Source of the DNA: an uncultured delta proteobacterium
GTDB taxonomy: Bacteria > Myxococcota_A > Polyangia > Polyangiales > Polyangiaceae
DNA: 64,000 nucleotides
Assembly (NCBI GenBank): GCA_963696385.1
Contig: CAVOKF010000005.1
Span: 224,001-288,000 of the forward strand
Reading direction: 5' to 3'
A program made the translations under genes and the position numbers. The notes beneath the pieces were generated by a model that saw nothing but the letters and a program-made list of their open reading frames with translations, made no database searches and was not told where the DNA came from. Below, in pieces: positions 22,974 through 33,780 of the stretch. How positions within the stretch are numbered: the stretch's first letter is position 1; every line of letters starts with the position of its first letter.

Positions 22974-25334
22974 TCAGGGTGAATTCAATTTGCCCGATCG
23001 GGAAACGTCCGGCTTGGTCCAGCGGCCGAGCTTGCGGCGTCCTTCGGCCAAGATACCGACATCCGAGCGAATGGTGTCCGTGCGCGCGTCCGCCGCGTGA
23101 AATAAGGGCCCAGGTGGGGGCGTATCGAGGATCGCATTCCCCGCGTTCGCCGTCGAACCGGACAGCGATGGGGTCGCCGCAGAGAGCCGAGCGGATAGCG
23201 TAGCGCTCGGCACCTCACCCGATGCCGCGGCAGCGCGGTCTGGCGCGCCGGAGGGCAGTCGTTTCCAGGCGAGGGCGGCGCCCGCGGCCCCTACCAGCGC
23301 CACGACGGAGAGCAATGAGGCTGCACCGTAACGAATCCGTTTCTGGAGTCTATCGGGCGCACGAAGGGCGTGTTCGAGTGCTTCGCGCATCGCCGTTGCC
23401 GATTCGAACCGCCGCTCCTGGCGCTTGGCCATCGCGCGAACCACGGCCGCCTCCACGGCTCGGGGAATGGGCCGTGAGGGCGCTCGTGCGCGGGGAGGAA
23501 GCGGCGTATCGCGGATCTGCATCCCCATGACGGCGACGGTCGAGGTGCCTTCGAAAGCACGCACGCCCGTCAGCATTTCGTACAACACGCAGCCAAGCGC
23601 GTAGATATCTGTGCGACGATCGACCGGATCGCCCGCCACCTGTTCGGGTGCCATGTACTCGGGTGTTCCGACGACGGCGAACCCCCGGAGAGACTTCTCG
23701 GCGTCTGTTGCTGTGCGCGGAGTGGGAGTTAGCGCCGTCGCAATGCCGAAATCGAGGAGCTTGGTCGGGCCCCCGATACCCTCACCGCCGTCGCGTGTCA
23801 GCATCAGGTTTTGCGGCTTGATGTCCCTGTGCACGATCCCTGCCCCGTGGGCGGCCTCGAGTGCGCGAGCGGTTTCGATCGCGATGCGGGTCGCTTCTCG
23901 CCAGGGTAGCGGACCGCGCTGCAAGCAAGCGTCCAGCGTCTCTCCCGAGCAAAGTTCCATGGCCAAAAAGGCACGCCCATCCAGGGAGCGACCGAAGTCG
24001 TAAAGACTCACGAGATGGGGATGCGACAAGCAGGCCACCGCCCGCGCTTCCCGACGAAAGCGTCCGAGTGAGGCCGGTGATCCGGCGTGCTCCGACGCGA
24101 GGACTTTGAGCGCTACCCGGCGGCCGAGTTCGACGTGCTCGGCCTCGTACACGACGCCGTTCGCCCCCTCGCCGATTCTGCGCACCAGTCGGTAGGGCGT
24201 ACCGGCAAGGTGTCTTGGGTCGGCCGGTGCCATCCGCACCGCGATCTCCGCGCTTACGGGGCTGGCGGGAGGCGTTTCGTCGCCTCCGGTCGTCTCGAGC
24301 GCTTCGCGGCCCTCTCGCAACAAGCGCGCGAACTCCGCACGCGATCGTGCCGGATCGTTCGGCCAGAGCTTGCGCATCACGAGTGCGATGCGTGCGCGCA
24401 CACCTCTCTCTCCGCTGTCGCCAGGCGGCGCCGACGACAGCAGCTTTGCGAGTCCGGTCACGGCCAGCGATGCACGCGCGTACCGTTCATCGGGGTCATT
24501 CTTGGTGAGCAAAGCGATGACCTCGTCGAGTTCGGTCGGCGCTTTGCACGCGGCCGCGAGGGGCGGGACGACGATCCGTCCGCGGGCCGAATCGTCCAGG
24601 TGCTGTCTTGGATCCGTGGTCAGAAAACGCCGTCCTGCGCATAGCTCCCACAGCACGATGCCCAGCGCATAAATGTCGATGCGTCCGTCACCCACCTGCT
24701 GGCGAGCGACCTCGGGTGCCACATACCCCGGCTTCGCGAAGACCACCCCCGCGACGGTATGGCAACGTCGGTTATGTCCGCGTGCCGTTCCAAAATCGAT
24801 GAGCTTGATTTCGCCCGCATACCCGACCATCACGTTCTGCGGCGAAAGGTCACGGTGGACGATGCCGAGGGGTGTACCGTCGGCGCCAGAGCGCTCGTGC
24901 ACATGCGCCAGCGCCTGAGCGATTTCGATCGCGATGGCAACCGCATCGGCCCAAGCCAGCCGAACCCCCGTCTGGATCGTGCGCTGTCTCAGGTCACTAA
25001 GCGACCGCCCCTCGACGTATTCCACCACCGTGTACGGCTCGCCGTTGTCGTCGGTCGCGGCCTCCAGCACCTGGGCGACGCCCGGGTGCTGGAGCTGTGC
25101 TTGGACGCGCGCCTCATCGAGAAATCGCGCGAGGAACGACCCGTCGTGAACATGGTCGCGACGCACTGTTTTGACGATGCACGGCCGCTCGGCCCCTTCG
25201 ATTCCCGTTGATGCGGCGAGGTAAACGTCCCCCATTCCGCCGCGCGCGACGAGCTTGAGCAGAACGCGCCGTCCCAACATTCTTGGCAACAGAAGAGCTG
25301 CATTGGAAGAGAAGCCTTTGGCCGCCTGGCCCAT
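22974..25334 (-). CDS. Membrane-anchored Ser/Thr kinase with two tandem kinase domains
   Basis: Two sets of Gly-loop/VxxK/HRD/DFG/APE motifs (HRDLSPQN and HRDIKPQN), then one TM helix. Confidence 0.92.
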   Translation of the reverse strand: MGQAAKGFSSNAALLLPRMLGRRVLLKLVARGGMGDVYLAASTGIEGAERPCIVKTVRRDHVHDGSFLARFLDEARVQAQLQHPGVAQVLEAATDDNGEPYTVVEYVEGRSLSDLRQRTIQTGVRLAWADAVAIAIEIAQALAHVHERSGADGTPLGIVHRDLSPQNVMVGYAGEIKLIDFGTARGHNRRCHTVAGVVFAKPGYVAPEVARQQVGDGRIDIYALGIVLWELCAGRRFLTTDPRQHLDDSARGRIVVPPLAAACKAPTELDEVIALLTKNDPDERYARASLAVTGLAKLLSSAPPGDSGERGVRARIALVMRKLWPNDPARSRAEFARLLREGREALETTGGDETPPASPVSAEIAVRMAPADPRHLAGTPYRLVRRIGEGANGVVYEAEHVELGRRVALKVLASEHAGSPASLGRFRREARAVACLSHPHLVSLYDFGRSLDGRAFLAMELCSGETLDACLQRGPLPWREATRIAIETARALEAAHGAGIVHRDIKPQNLMLTRDGGEGIGGPTKLLDFGIATALTPTPRTATDAEKSLRGFAVVGTPEYMAPEQVAGDPVDRRTDIYALGCVLYEMLTGVRAFEGTSTVAVMGMQIRDTPLPPRARAPSRPIPRAVEAAVVRAMAKRQERRFESATAMREALEHALRAPDRLQKRIRYGAASLLSVVALVGAAGAALAWKRLPSGAPDRAAAASGEVPSATLSARLSAATPSLSGSTANAGNAILDTPPPGPLFHAADARTDTIRSDVGILAEGRRKLGRWTKPDVSRSGKLNSP

Positions 25335-25413
25335 CGCCGTTGAACGTACGCAGCGTGGCGAATCCCGGCCAAGTTTGCGACGTCGTTGGCAGTCCTGTCG
25401 CCTCGGGCGTGGA

Positions 25414-26547
25414 CTACCACCCCATTCGCGACCGTAGGGCGGTCACGAGCTCGGCCGCCATGCGCCGGTGGGTCGCCTTGCTCGGGTGATAGTCGGCCCC
25501 GACCCCATCGGCCGGACGCCGTTGGGCGAACTCGAAGTAGGAGACGCGGCCGTCGCCCGCTAGCTCGCGCTGGCTGACGGCGCCACGAATGTATTCCGCT
25601 GCCTTCGTTCGACTGTTTGCTCCCGCCGGGTAGGTGTCCGTGAGCATCGAGGTGAGGGCGCAGACGATGGCGGCTTCCGGGTAAAGCGTTCGCAGCACCT
25701 TCAGGAACGCGACGTACGCTTGCTGGAAGGCCGCACCGGGGTCCCCTTTTGCGAAGTCGTTTCCGCCGAGATTGACGACGACGACGTCCGGGGCCATCGC
25801 ACGGAAGCCCCACGCGCTCGTGGGGTCGTCGGCCAAGCTACGCATGAACCGCACCGGCATCGGCTCCAGTGCCGATCCGCGATCGTCTCGGTACATGCCG
25901 ATCCCTGAGTACGCAATGATCGAGCGTTCTGCACCGAGTGCTGCCGCGGTCAACGCCCCGTAAGCGCTTGCCTCGTCTTCCGTTGCGGGGCTGAAGTGCT
26001 CACTCGGATCAGTCGCGAGATCGCCGTAACCGCATGTGACCGAGTCGCCGATGAACTCTATCCGTCGCGTTGTCGGCGGCTCCGGCGTTTCGACGAGGGC
26101 GCCCTCGTGGGGGATGAAGCCGAGAAACTGCACGACGCCCACGTTCGATTCGGTGCGCTTTGTGAGCAAGACCGTATGGCGACCGGGATCGAGGCCCGAG
26201 GCCAGTTCGTAGCGCTCTGTCGCGCGGTTCGTAGCCAGCGATGTCGGCGTGCCGCCGTCGATAACGACCGCGAAAAAATTCGTCCCACGGTCGCGCAATC
26301 GCACGTCGATGCCCACCCCCGTGAAGGTCGCTTCGATCGCGGTGGCCGGCCACGCAAAGCGTGGTCCCGCGGGATCGCGCAGGTCGAAGCGCCCGACGCT
26401 ATGGGTGAACGCCGTCCGCTTTGCCGGATCGTGCGAGACGTTGCCGCAGTCGCGCGGCCTTTCTGGCACGACGCAAGTGCCTGCGCACCCTGAGGCGAGC
26501 ACAATGCCGAACAGCATACCAACCGGCGCGCGAGGGCGCGCCCTCAT
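25414..26547 (-). CDS. SGNH/GDSL esterase lipoprotein (CE2-like)
   Basis: Lipobox [30 protein letters not shown]. Confidence 0.88.
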   Translation of the reverse strand: MRARPRAPVGMLFGIVLASGCAGTCVVPERPRDCGNVSHDPAKRTAFTHSVGRFDLRDPAGPRFAWPATAIEATFTGVGIDVRLRDRGTNFFAVVIDGGTPTSLATNRATERYELASGLDPGRHTVLLTKRTESNVGVVQFLGFIPHEGALVETPEPPTTRRIEFIGDSVTCGYGDLATDPSEHFSPATEDEASAYGALTAAALGAERSIIAYSGIGMYRDDRGSALEPMPVRFMRSLADDPTSAWGFRAMAPDVVVVNLGGNDFAKGDPGAAFQQAYVAFLKVLRTLYPEAAIVCALTSMLTDTYPAGANSRTKAAEYIRGAVSQRELAGDGRVSYFEFAQRRPADGVGADYHPSKATHRRMAAELVTALRSRMGW

Positions 26548-26610
26548 TCGGGCGGCAAGGCCGCCCTCTACCGTTTCGCGCGGCGTCCTGCTAAGCGCCT
26601 GTCCTGCCGC

Positions 26611-29600
26611 ATGCCCCGTCGCACAGATTTTCAACGCGTCCTCCTGATCGGCGCGGGACCGATCGTCATCGGCCAGGCATGCGAGTTCGACTACTCGGGA
26701 ACACAGGGGGCCAAGGCTCTGCGCGACGAGGGATTCGAAGTCGTGCTCGTCAATTCGAACCCTGCCACCATTATGACGGATCCCGAGCTGGCGGCACGAA
26801 CGTATGTGGAGCCCCTGGAATGGCGAACGCTTGCTGCGATCATCGAGCGGGAGCGGCCGCAAGCTCTATTGCCAACGCTTGGAGGCCAAACGGCGCTCAA
26901 CCTGGCGATGAAATTGGGCGAAGAGGGGGTGCTCGAGCGGTTCGGGGTCGAAATGCTGGGCGCTCGCCCCGAGTCGATCGCGAAAGCGGAGGATCGGTCG
27001 CTCTTCAAAGTGGCCATGGAACGAATTGGCCTGTCGTGCCCGAAGGCCGGCGCAGCTCACTCCGTCGACGAGGCGCGTGCGGTCGCGCGGGAGGTAGGAT
27101 TCCCCGCCATCCTGCGGCCGAGCTTCACGCTCGGTGGCTCGGGTGGCGGGATCGCTTATTCGGAGTCCGAGCTCGAGGCCAAAGTGGCCTGGGCGCTGGC
27201 CCAATCTCCGACCCACGAAGTTCTTATCGAGGAGAGCGTTCTCGGATGGAAGGAGTTTGAACTCGAGGTAATGCGCGACCGCGCCGACAACTTCATCGTC
27301 GTCTGCTCGATCGAGAACATCGATCCGATGGGTGTCCATACCGGAGACTCGATCACGGTGGCACCGTCGATGACACTGACCGATCGCGAATATCAGCGCC
27401 TTCGCGATGCGGCCCGCGCGGTCATGACCGAGATCGGTGTCGAGACCGGAGGTGCCAATGTTCAATTTGCCGTCGACCCCGTCACCGGACGTTTCCACGT
27501 CATCGAGATGAATCCCCGAGTGTCGCGGAGCTCTGCGCTCGCAAGCAAGGCCACCGGCTATCCGATCGCCAAGATCGCGGCGAAGCTTGCTGTGGGGTAC
27601 ACGCTCGACGAACTGAAGAACGACATCACGCGTACATCGGCCGCATTCGAACCGGTCGTCGACTATGTCGTCGTCAAGTGGCCCCGCTTCGCGTTCGAGA
27701 AATTCCCGGGGGCCGACTCCAGCCTCGGTACGCAGATGAAGAGCGTCGGCGAAGTGATGAGCATTGGCCGCACGTTCTGCGAGGCGCTGCAGAAAGCGGC
27801 GCGGTCCCTCGAGACGGGTAGGGACGGTCTCGTGTCGCTCCTCGACCGGACGGATTATCGCGTTCTCGCAGAGCCCACGAGACAGCGTGACCTCTCGATG
27901 GAGGCGGCGCCCGAGCCCGAGGCGCCCAAGGCCATCGGGCCGGCGAGCGCGGAGGAGACGCGGCGTGCGCTCGAAAAGCTGGTTACGACCGCGAGCGCTG
28001 AACGGCTATTTCACGTCGCCGACGCGATGCGCGTCGGCATGAGCGACGCGGACTTGTACGCACGCTCTCGGATCGACCCGTGGTTTCTCGCTCACATCCG
28101 CCGGATCGTCGTCGCCGAGGGGCAGATCAAACGAGGAGAGCTCGGATCCGACGCCATGGCCCGGTACAAGCGACTCGGGTTCAGCGATCGCCAAATCGCG
28201 TCCGTGTCCGGGGGCACCGGCGACCAAGATCGCGAGGACAAGAAGCTCTGCGAGGATGACATCCGCGCGATGCGTCTTTCGGGTGGCACGCGCTCCGTGT
28301 TTGCCCGCGTCGACACATGCGCGGCCGAGTTCGTGGCGCACACGCCATACCTTTACTCCACGTACGAGACCGAGAGCGAGTCCGCAACCCACGCTAGCAG
28401 CCGCAAAGTGGTCATTCTGGGCGGAGGTCCGAATCGAATCGGGCAGGGGATCGAGTTTGACTATTGCTGCGTGCATGCGGTGATGGCGCTGCGGTTGCTC
28501 GGCTTCGAAACCGTCATGGTCAATTGCAACCCGGAGACCGTGTCGACGGACTACGACACGTCGGACCGTCTGTATTTCGAGCCTTTGTCGCTCGAGGACG
28601 TGCTCAACGTCGTCGACGAAGAGGGCCCCGAAGGCGTCATCGTGCAATTCGGTGGGCAGACACCGCTGAAATTGGCGGTGCCCCTCGAGAAGCGCAATGT
28701 CCGACTTCTCGGGACCAGCGCCGACGCGATCGACCGCGCGGAAGACCGAGGGCGCTTCGACGCGTTGCTTGCAAAGCTCGCGCTCAGACGACCAAGAAGC
28801 GGGATCGCCACGTCGTTGGACCGAGCGGTTCAAGTCGCTGAGTCAATCGGTTATCCGGTGCTGGTGCGGCCGAGCTACGTGCTCGGCGGCCGCGCGATGA
28901 TGATCGCTTCCTCTCGCGAAGAGCTCGAAATTTTCGCGAATCGGGCCTTCGAGGTGGCCCGTGAAGCGGGCACGCAGACCGTCCTCATCGACGAATTTCT
29001 GAAGGATGCCATCGAGGTCGACGTCGATTGCGTCGCTGACGGTCGTCGATGTGTCATCGGCGGCGTGATGCAGCACATCGAGGAAGCTGGCATTCATTCC
29101 GGCGACAGTTCGAGCGTGTTACCCCCGCACTCCCTCGCGCCGGAGATCATTCTGAGCATCGAAGAGCAATCGAGAATGCTCGCCCTCGAACTTGGGGTAG
29201 TTGGGTTGATGAACGTGCAGTTCGCGGTAAAGGGCGGCGAGGTCTTCATCCTCGAAGTCAACCCCCGCGCCAGTCGCACGGTACCCTTCGTGTCGAAAGC
29301 AACGGGCAGACCACTCGCAAAGATCGCGGCGATGCTCATGGTGGGAAAGACGCTCGACGAACTTGCCGTCTACGATTTGCCCCCGCCGCGCTACACGAGC
29401 GTTAAGGAAAGCGTGTTTCCTTTTTCCAAGTTCCCGGGCGTCGACACAATCCTCGGTCCGGAAATGCGCTCTACGGGCGAAGTGATGGGCATTGCGGACA
29501 CCTTTCCGCGTGCCTTTGGCAAGGCCATGCTAGCGAGCGGTATCGAGCTGGGATTGCCCACCGCCGCCTCGCCGCGCCGCAACGCATTCATCAGCGTGAA

Positions 29601-29976
29601 GGGCGAAGACAAGCCGGCGGCCATCCACATCGCTAGGCGATTGCGGGCCCTCGGCTTCGGCCTGTGGGCGACCAGTGGCACCGCGGCGGCACTCAACCGC
29701 GCCGGACTCGCCTCTGAGATTGTGAAGAAGGTCAATGAGGGGTCTCCGCACGTCGTCGACGCCATTCGCGGTGGGACCATCGCAATCGTCGTGAACACGA
29801 CTCTCGGTGCCAAGGCTGTGCGCGACAGCTACTCGCTGCGGCGCCAAACGTTACTGGCCAACATCCCTTACTTTACGACCATTGCGGCGGCGCTCGCCGC
29901 ATGCGACGCGCTGGAAGCCACCCAAAGTGACTCCACGCTGCGCGTTCGCTCCCTGCAAGAGTGGGCCAAAATGTGA
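26611..29976 (+). CDS. carB: Carbamoyl-phosphate synthase large subunit
   Basis: [41 protein letters not shown], two ATP-grasp halves plus MGS domain. Confidence 0.98.
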   Translation: MPRRTDFQRVLLIGAGPIVIGQACEFDYSGTQGAKALRDEGFEVVLVNSNPATIMTDPELAARTYVEPLEWRTLAAIIERERPQALLPTLGGQTALNLAMKLGEEGVLERFGVEMLGARPESIAKAEDRSLFKVAMERIGLSCPKAGAAHSVDEARAVAREVGFPAILRPSFTLGGSGGGIAYSESELEAKVAWALAQSPTHEVLIEESVLGWKEFELEVMRDRADNFIVVCSIENIDPMGVHTGDSITVAPSMTLTDREYQRLRDAARAVMTEIGVETGGANVQFAVDPVTGRFHVIEMNPRVSRSSALASKATGYPIAKIAAKLAVGYTLDELKNDITRTSAAFEPVVDYVVVKWPRFAFEKFPGADSSLGTQMKSVGEVMSIGRTFCEALQKAARSLETGRDGLVSLLDRTDYRVLAEPTRQRDLSMEAAPEPEAPKAIGPASAEETRRALEKLVTTASAERLFHVADAMRVGMSDADLYARSRIDPWFLAHIRRIVVAEGQIKRGELGSDAMARYKRLGFSDRQIASVSGGTGDQDREDKKLCEDDIRAMRLSGGTRSVFARVDTCAAEFVAHTPYLYSTYETESESATHASSRKVVILGGGPNRIGQGIEFDYCCVHAVMALRLLGFETVMVNCNPETVSTDYDTSDRLYFEPLSLEDVLNVVDEEGPEGVIVQFGGQTPLKLAVPLEKRNVRLLGTSADAIDRAEDRGRFDALLAKLALRRPRSGIATSLDRAVQVAESIGYPVLVRPSYVLGGRAMMIASSREELEIFANRAFEVAREAGTQTVLIDEFLKDAIEVDVDCVADGRRCVIGGVMQHIEEAGIHSGDSSSVLPPHSLAPEIILSIEEQSRMLALELGVVGLMNVQFAVKGGEVFILEVNPRASRTVPFVSKATGRPLAKIAAMLMVGKTLDELAVYDLPPPRYTSVKESVFPFSKFPGVDTILGPEMRSTGEVMGIADTFPRAFGKAMLASGIELGLPTAASPRRNAFISVKGEDKPAAIHIARRLRALGFGLWATSGTAAALNRAGLASEIVKKVNEGSPHVVDAIRGGTIAIVVNTTLGAKAVRDSYSLRRQTLLANIPYFTTIAAALAACDALEATQSDSTLRVRSLQEWAKM

Positions 29977-29989
29977 CCAGCCTTGCGGC

Positions 29990-30022
29990 GGAGACCTCGT
30001 AATAAATCGCGCGGAGGTCTCC
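29990..30022. terminator. 9-bp inverted repeat after carB
   Basis: GGAGACCTC-N15-GAGGTCTCC just after the carB stop; terminator or operator. Confidence 0.45.
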
Positions 30023-30043
30023 CTCGGCTATGCTGGCGTTTCA

Positions 30044-30523
30044 ATGATGCCGACGGCAAAGTATCCATTCGAGTTGCTCGGTCGGCTCAGGAAGCACGAA
30101 GCCGATGAAGCCGCGCGGGATCTGGCTACAGCCACTGGCACGCGAGACGCCGCCGAGAGCGAGCGGCGGCTCGCTGCCGATCGGCGTGACGCGCACGAAA
30201 GGGCAGGTTCTCACCTTAGGGCCCAAGAGATCCGCGCGCTCGCGCGCGGGTGCCTGCGCGTCGCCGATCTCGCGCAAGCCCAATCGTGGGAGGTCGCCTT
30301 TGCAGCGGAACGGCGGAAGCTTATTTCTTCCGCCCGTGAGTCGCAGGCGGCCGCGGCGGCGGCTCTCGACGCCGTACGCAGATTCCAGTCGCGCGCGTCA
30401 CTGTGCCTGTCCAATGCAGAGCTTGTCGCGCGCGATCGAACCCGTTGGAACGAAGCGCGGAGGAAGGTACATGAGGCCATCGACGAGGAGGCCTCGTTCG
30501 AGGCATGGCGCTTGAAACCGTAA
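30044..30523 (+). CDS. Coiled-coil protein, FliJ/SctO(YscO)-like
   Basis: 159 aa, all helical, KYPFELLGRLRKHEADEAARDL start and acidic EAIDEE end; TATGCT -10 upstream. Confidence 0.55.
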   Translation: MMPTAKYPFELLGRLRKHEADEAARDLATATGTRDAAESERRLAADRRDAHERAGSHLRAQEIRALARGCLRVADLAQAQSWEVAFAAERRKLISSARESQAAAAAALDAVRRFQSRASLCLSNAELVARDRTRWNEARRKVHEAIDEEASFEAWRLKP

Positions 30524-33048
30524 ACGCGGGGGCGGTATCGCTTGCTGCGGCGCTCGTCTTCTCCGCCGCTTGCCGAAGTGGCCGGCCATCGGAAGCCCCG
30601 CCTGTCGCTGAGCCTGCGTCGAGGTCGTTGGTGCAAGGAGCCCCGCCTGCGGGAACCGGACGCTCTCCTGAGCAGCCTCCGACCGATCAGGGAATGCCTC
30701 CGATCACCGTCGTGCTCGACGACCCACGCCTCGCTGCCGTGCGCGACAGCGACGCCGGGGGCGATGATGCGGCGGCGGCTCGCGAAATGGATCGTCTGCG
30801 AGCCGCATTTTCGCTGGAAGCCACACAAGCCTGTGCGTGGAGCTACGTGGCCGGGCGCCTCCACTACGCCGCAGGCGAAGCCAACGAAGCCGCCGCCGCT
30901 TTCGGCGCCGCATCGGGAAAAGACCTGGGCGCTGATGCAGTCTGCCCTCTCGCCTCCTACGCCCGGCTTCGGCAGGCGCAAGCGCTCGTTCGGGCTGGCC
31001 GCGCGAGCGAGGCCTTGACAGCGTTGCAGGCGGTTGGCGACGACGTGGCGGCCCAGGATGAGGTCAAACTGACTCTTGCCGACGCCCTCGCCGCGAGCGG
31101 TGACCGGGCGGGGGCCGTGGTGCTGTGGCGTTCGCTTCTTGCGACGAGGCCCCACGGCCAGCGGTGGGTCGATATATCCATGCAGCTCGCTCGCTCCCTG
31201 CTCGACGGGGTCGACGGTCCTCCGGAAATACGCGCAAGCGAGGCTCTTGAGCGCGCGACCCGCGTGGTCGTCGAGGCCCCGACGGTGGCGGACAAGATCG
31301 GGGCCGACTCGGTCCGCGGCCGCGCTGCCGCAGCGCTGAAGCTAGCTGCGCCGCCCGCGCTTACCGTGGACGAACGAACCCGGGAGGCACAAGCCTGGCT
31401 CGATGCTTCTCAGCCCGTGAAGGCCCGCGAGCTCGCCGACGGTGCTCTGCGTGACATCCCTCGCAGCGATCGAGAGCGTGTCGATGTTGGCTGCCGCGCC
31501 GCTATCGTGCGCGCCGAAGCTAGCGCCCGCGGCAGGGCCGAAGAGGCTGCGGACGCCTGGGGCGCGGCCATCGCTCGGTGCCGCGGCGCGTCCGATGAAG
31601 GAGCGCGCGCCACGGCAGCTTACCAAGGTGGAAAGGCCAGTGCGTCGGCGAAGCGCTACGCTGAGGCGCTTCAGCGTTTCGCGGAGGTCGAGGAATATCT
31701 CCCGACAAACCGGCTCGCCGACGATGCGCGATTTCGGGCTGCACTCGTCGTTGGCGACCAGGGTGATCCGGAGCGGTCTCTCTCGATGTTGGGGTCTATC
31801 GCCGACTCGTACCCCGACGGCGATATGGCGTACGACGCCCTGTTCCGCGTTGCCCTGGCTCGCATCGCGGGTCACGATTTCCAAGCGTCACGCCGCCTGT
31901 TGGATCGCCTACTCGCACTACCGCCTGGGGTGTTGAGTTGGGGATCCGCGAGCCGTGCCGAGTACTTCCGCGCCCGGGTCGCGCAGCTGGCGGGCGACGT
32001 CGATGACGCAAAAAGCCGGTACGTCGCGATCGTGGCGCGCCGGCCGCTCTCCTACCCGATGCTCGCGGCCTTCGCACGTTTGAGTGCGATGGACGATGCG
32101 CTTGCCCGCGCGACGCTCGAGGAAGCTGTGCGGGGCGAGCCAGCCGGTCCTTTCCTCACCAGGAGGCATCCTGAGTTTGAGACGCCGGCGTTTGAGCGCT
32201 TCAGGCGCCTCTTGGAAGTCGGCGAGATCGACGCCGCACGGCAGCTGGCGACCGCATCGGCCTTGTTGTCCGATTACGCAGATTCCGAAGTCGTATGGAC
32301 ACTGGCTTGGCTATACAATCGTGCGGGTGCGCCCGATGTTGGCCACGCCTTCTCCCGAGCCCGCCTCGGCGACTACCGGAGCCACTGGCCTGCGGGACGT
32401 TGGCGCCTTCCGTGGGAGATCGCCTTTCCCCGTCCGTGGGAGGCGGTCGTTCAGCGCGAGAGCGAATCCGCCGGCGTTCCAGGTCCCCTCACGTGGGCGA
32501 TCATGCGTGAGGAATCCGCGTTCAACCCGGCTGCTCGCAGTGTCGCGAACGCGGTCGGCTTGATGCAATTGATGAGCTCGACGGCTGCCAAGGTCGCGCA
32601 GGGGACCCTATTTGCGTCGGACGACTCGTCGCTTTTGCGTCCCGATGTCTCGATTGCTCTTGGCACGCGTCTTTTGTCGCAGCTTCGCAAATCGTATCCG
32701 AATCGCCCGGAACTTGCGGTCGCCGCCTACAACGGCGGCGCCGTCGCGGTCCGCCGTTGGCTCACCGAACGCCGGACTGATGATGTCGACCTCTTCATCG
32801 AGCGCATTCCGTTCGACGAAACCCGAAATTACGTGAAGCGTGTGCTGGCCAGTCAGGCGGCGTACGCGTACCTGTATGCGCCGAAATCACTGGACGAGCT
32901 GATCACGATGTTCAAAGGCTCCGAGAGCGAGTTGGCTGCGGCGAATGCGTCAGCGGCGGCGATGGATCCGCCGATCATGGCGCCGGCTTCGCCGGCGCTC
33001 GCAGCAGTCCGAGCTCGAGCATCGATGCCGACCGGCGCCGTGCGATGA
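30505..33048 (+). CDS. TPR-repeat lytic transglycosylase (Slt-type) lipoprotein
   Basis: Lipobox SAAC, helical repeats, AIMREESAFNP, GLMQL, AAYNGG, ETRNYVKRV. Confidence 0.92.
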   Translation: MALETVNAGAVSLAAALVFSAACRSGRPSEAPPVAEPASRSLVQGAPPAGTGRSPEQPPTDQGMPPITVVLDDPRLAAVRDSDAGGDDAAAAREMDRLRAAFSLEATQACAWSYVAGRLHYAAGEANEAAAAFGAASGKDLGADAVCPLASYARLRQAQALVRAGRASEALTALQAVGDDVAAQDEVKLTLADALAASGDRAGAVVLWRSLLATRPHGQRWVDISMQLARSLLDGVDGPPEIRASEALERATRVVVEAPTVADKIGADSVRGRAAAALKLAAPPALTVDERTREAQAWLDASQPVKARELADGALRDIPRSDRERVDVGCRAAIVRAEASARGRAEEAADAWGAAIARCRGASDEGARATAAYQGGKASASAKRYAEALQRFAEVEEYLPTNRLADDARFRAALVVGDQGDPERSLSMLGSIADSYPDGDMAYDALFRVALARIAGHDFQASRRLLDRLLALPPGVLSWGSASRAEYFRARVAQLAGDVDDAKSRYVAIVARRPLSYPMLAAFARLSAMDDALARATLEEAVRGEPAGPFLTRRHPEFETPAFERFRRLLEVGEIDAARQLATASALLSDYADSEVVWTLAWLYNRAGAPDVGHAFSRARLGDYRSHWPAGRWRLPWEIAFPRPWEAVVQRESESAGVPGPLTWAIMREESAFNPAARSVANAVGLMQLMSSTAAKVAQGTLFASDDSSLLRPDVSIALGTRLLSQLRKSYPNRPELAVAAYNGGAVAVRRWLTERRTDDVDLFIERIPFDETRNYVKRVLASQAAYAYLYAPKSLDELITMFKGSESELAAANASAAAMDPPIMAPASPALAAVRARASMPTGAVR

Positions 33049-33676
33049 CCACGTGATCGAGCAACGGCGTTCCTACGACGCTCCCGGCTTCCCTCACTGT
33101 GCGCGTGAAGGCGATGTCTTCGTCGCTCGGCGTCGGATCACCGCTTGGATGATTGTGCACCAGCACGAATGCGGTTGCAGCTTCGCGTATCGCGATTCGA
33201 AGCGGATCCCGGGCGCCCACGTGGATCCCGTGAATGCCGCCGGCAGCGACGCGTCGAACAGCCCGCAGGCCGTGGCGTCCGTCGAGTGCGAGCAGCCAGA
33301 GCTCTTCGTGATCGAGCGTCGCGAGACGTGGGCGAGCCCATTCCTCGACCGCCCTCCGATCAGGCACGCGCTGGAGCGACTCGATCGATGCCGCGAAGGC
33401 GGCGCGCCGCCCGAGCTCAATGGCGGCTCCAAGGCGAGCCGCCTTCGCGATGCCGACCCCTGCCCGTTGGGCCAACTCTCCCAGGCCGGCACGTGCCAGC
33501 CCGGCGACGCCCCCGTGTTCTTCCAGCAGCATCGCTGCAAGCAGGCCAACGGGCAGCCCGGGACAGCCCGTTCCGACGACGATGGCCACGAGCTCGGCGT
33601 CGCCGAGGTGCTCGACGCCCACGACTGCTGCGCGTTCGCGCGGTCCGATTGGCGTGTTGGAGAGGGCCATGCTCAT
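32975..33676 (-). CDS. radC: RadC/JAB-domain protein
   Basis: GPRER, DAELVAI, HhH GVGIAKA, HNHPSGDPTPSDED, LLDHVVI. Confidence 0.93.
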   Translation of the reverse strand: MSMALSNTPIGPRERAAVVGVEHLGDAELVAIVVGTGCPGLPVGLLAAMLLEEHGGVAGLARAGLGELAQRAGVGIAKAARLGAAIELGRRAAFAASIESLQRVPDRRAVEEWARPRLATLDHEELWLLALDGRHGLRAVRRVAAGGIHGIHVGARDPLRIAIREAATAFVLVHNHPSGDPTPSDEDIAFTRTVREAGSVVGTPLLDHVVIARRRSASMLELGLLRAPAKPAP

Positions 33677-33687
33677 GCGCCCTCGCG

Positions 33688-33703
33688 TTCAAGGAGCGTG
33701 CCG
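33688..33703 (-). promoter_or_regulatory. Possible sigma-54 promoter for radC
   Basis: CGGCACG-CTCC-TTGAA versus consensus TGGCACG-N4-TTGCW; the conserved -12 C is mismatched. Confidence 0.35.
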
Positions 33704-33780
33704 TCCGATCTGCGCCGGGTGAATCGGATCGGATCCGCCGTCCAGGACATGTCCGGATCGTCGTATGACGCCGTCTAGGT

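Noticed and set aside
26611..29976. carB without adjacent carA or greA
   Set aside because: Split carA/carB arrangements are common; not informative without the whole genome
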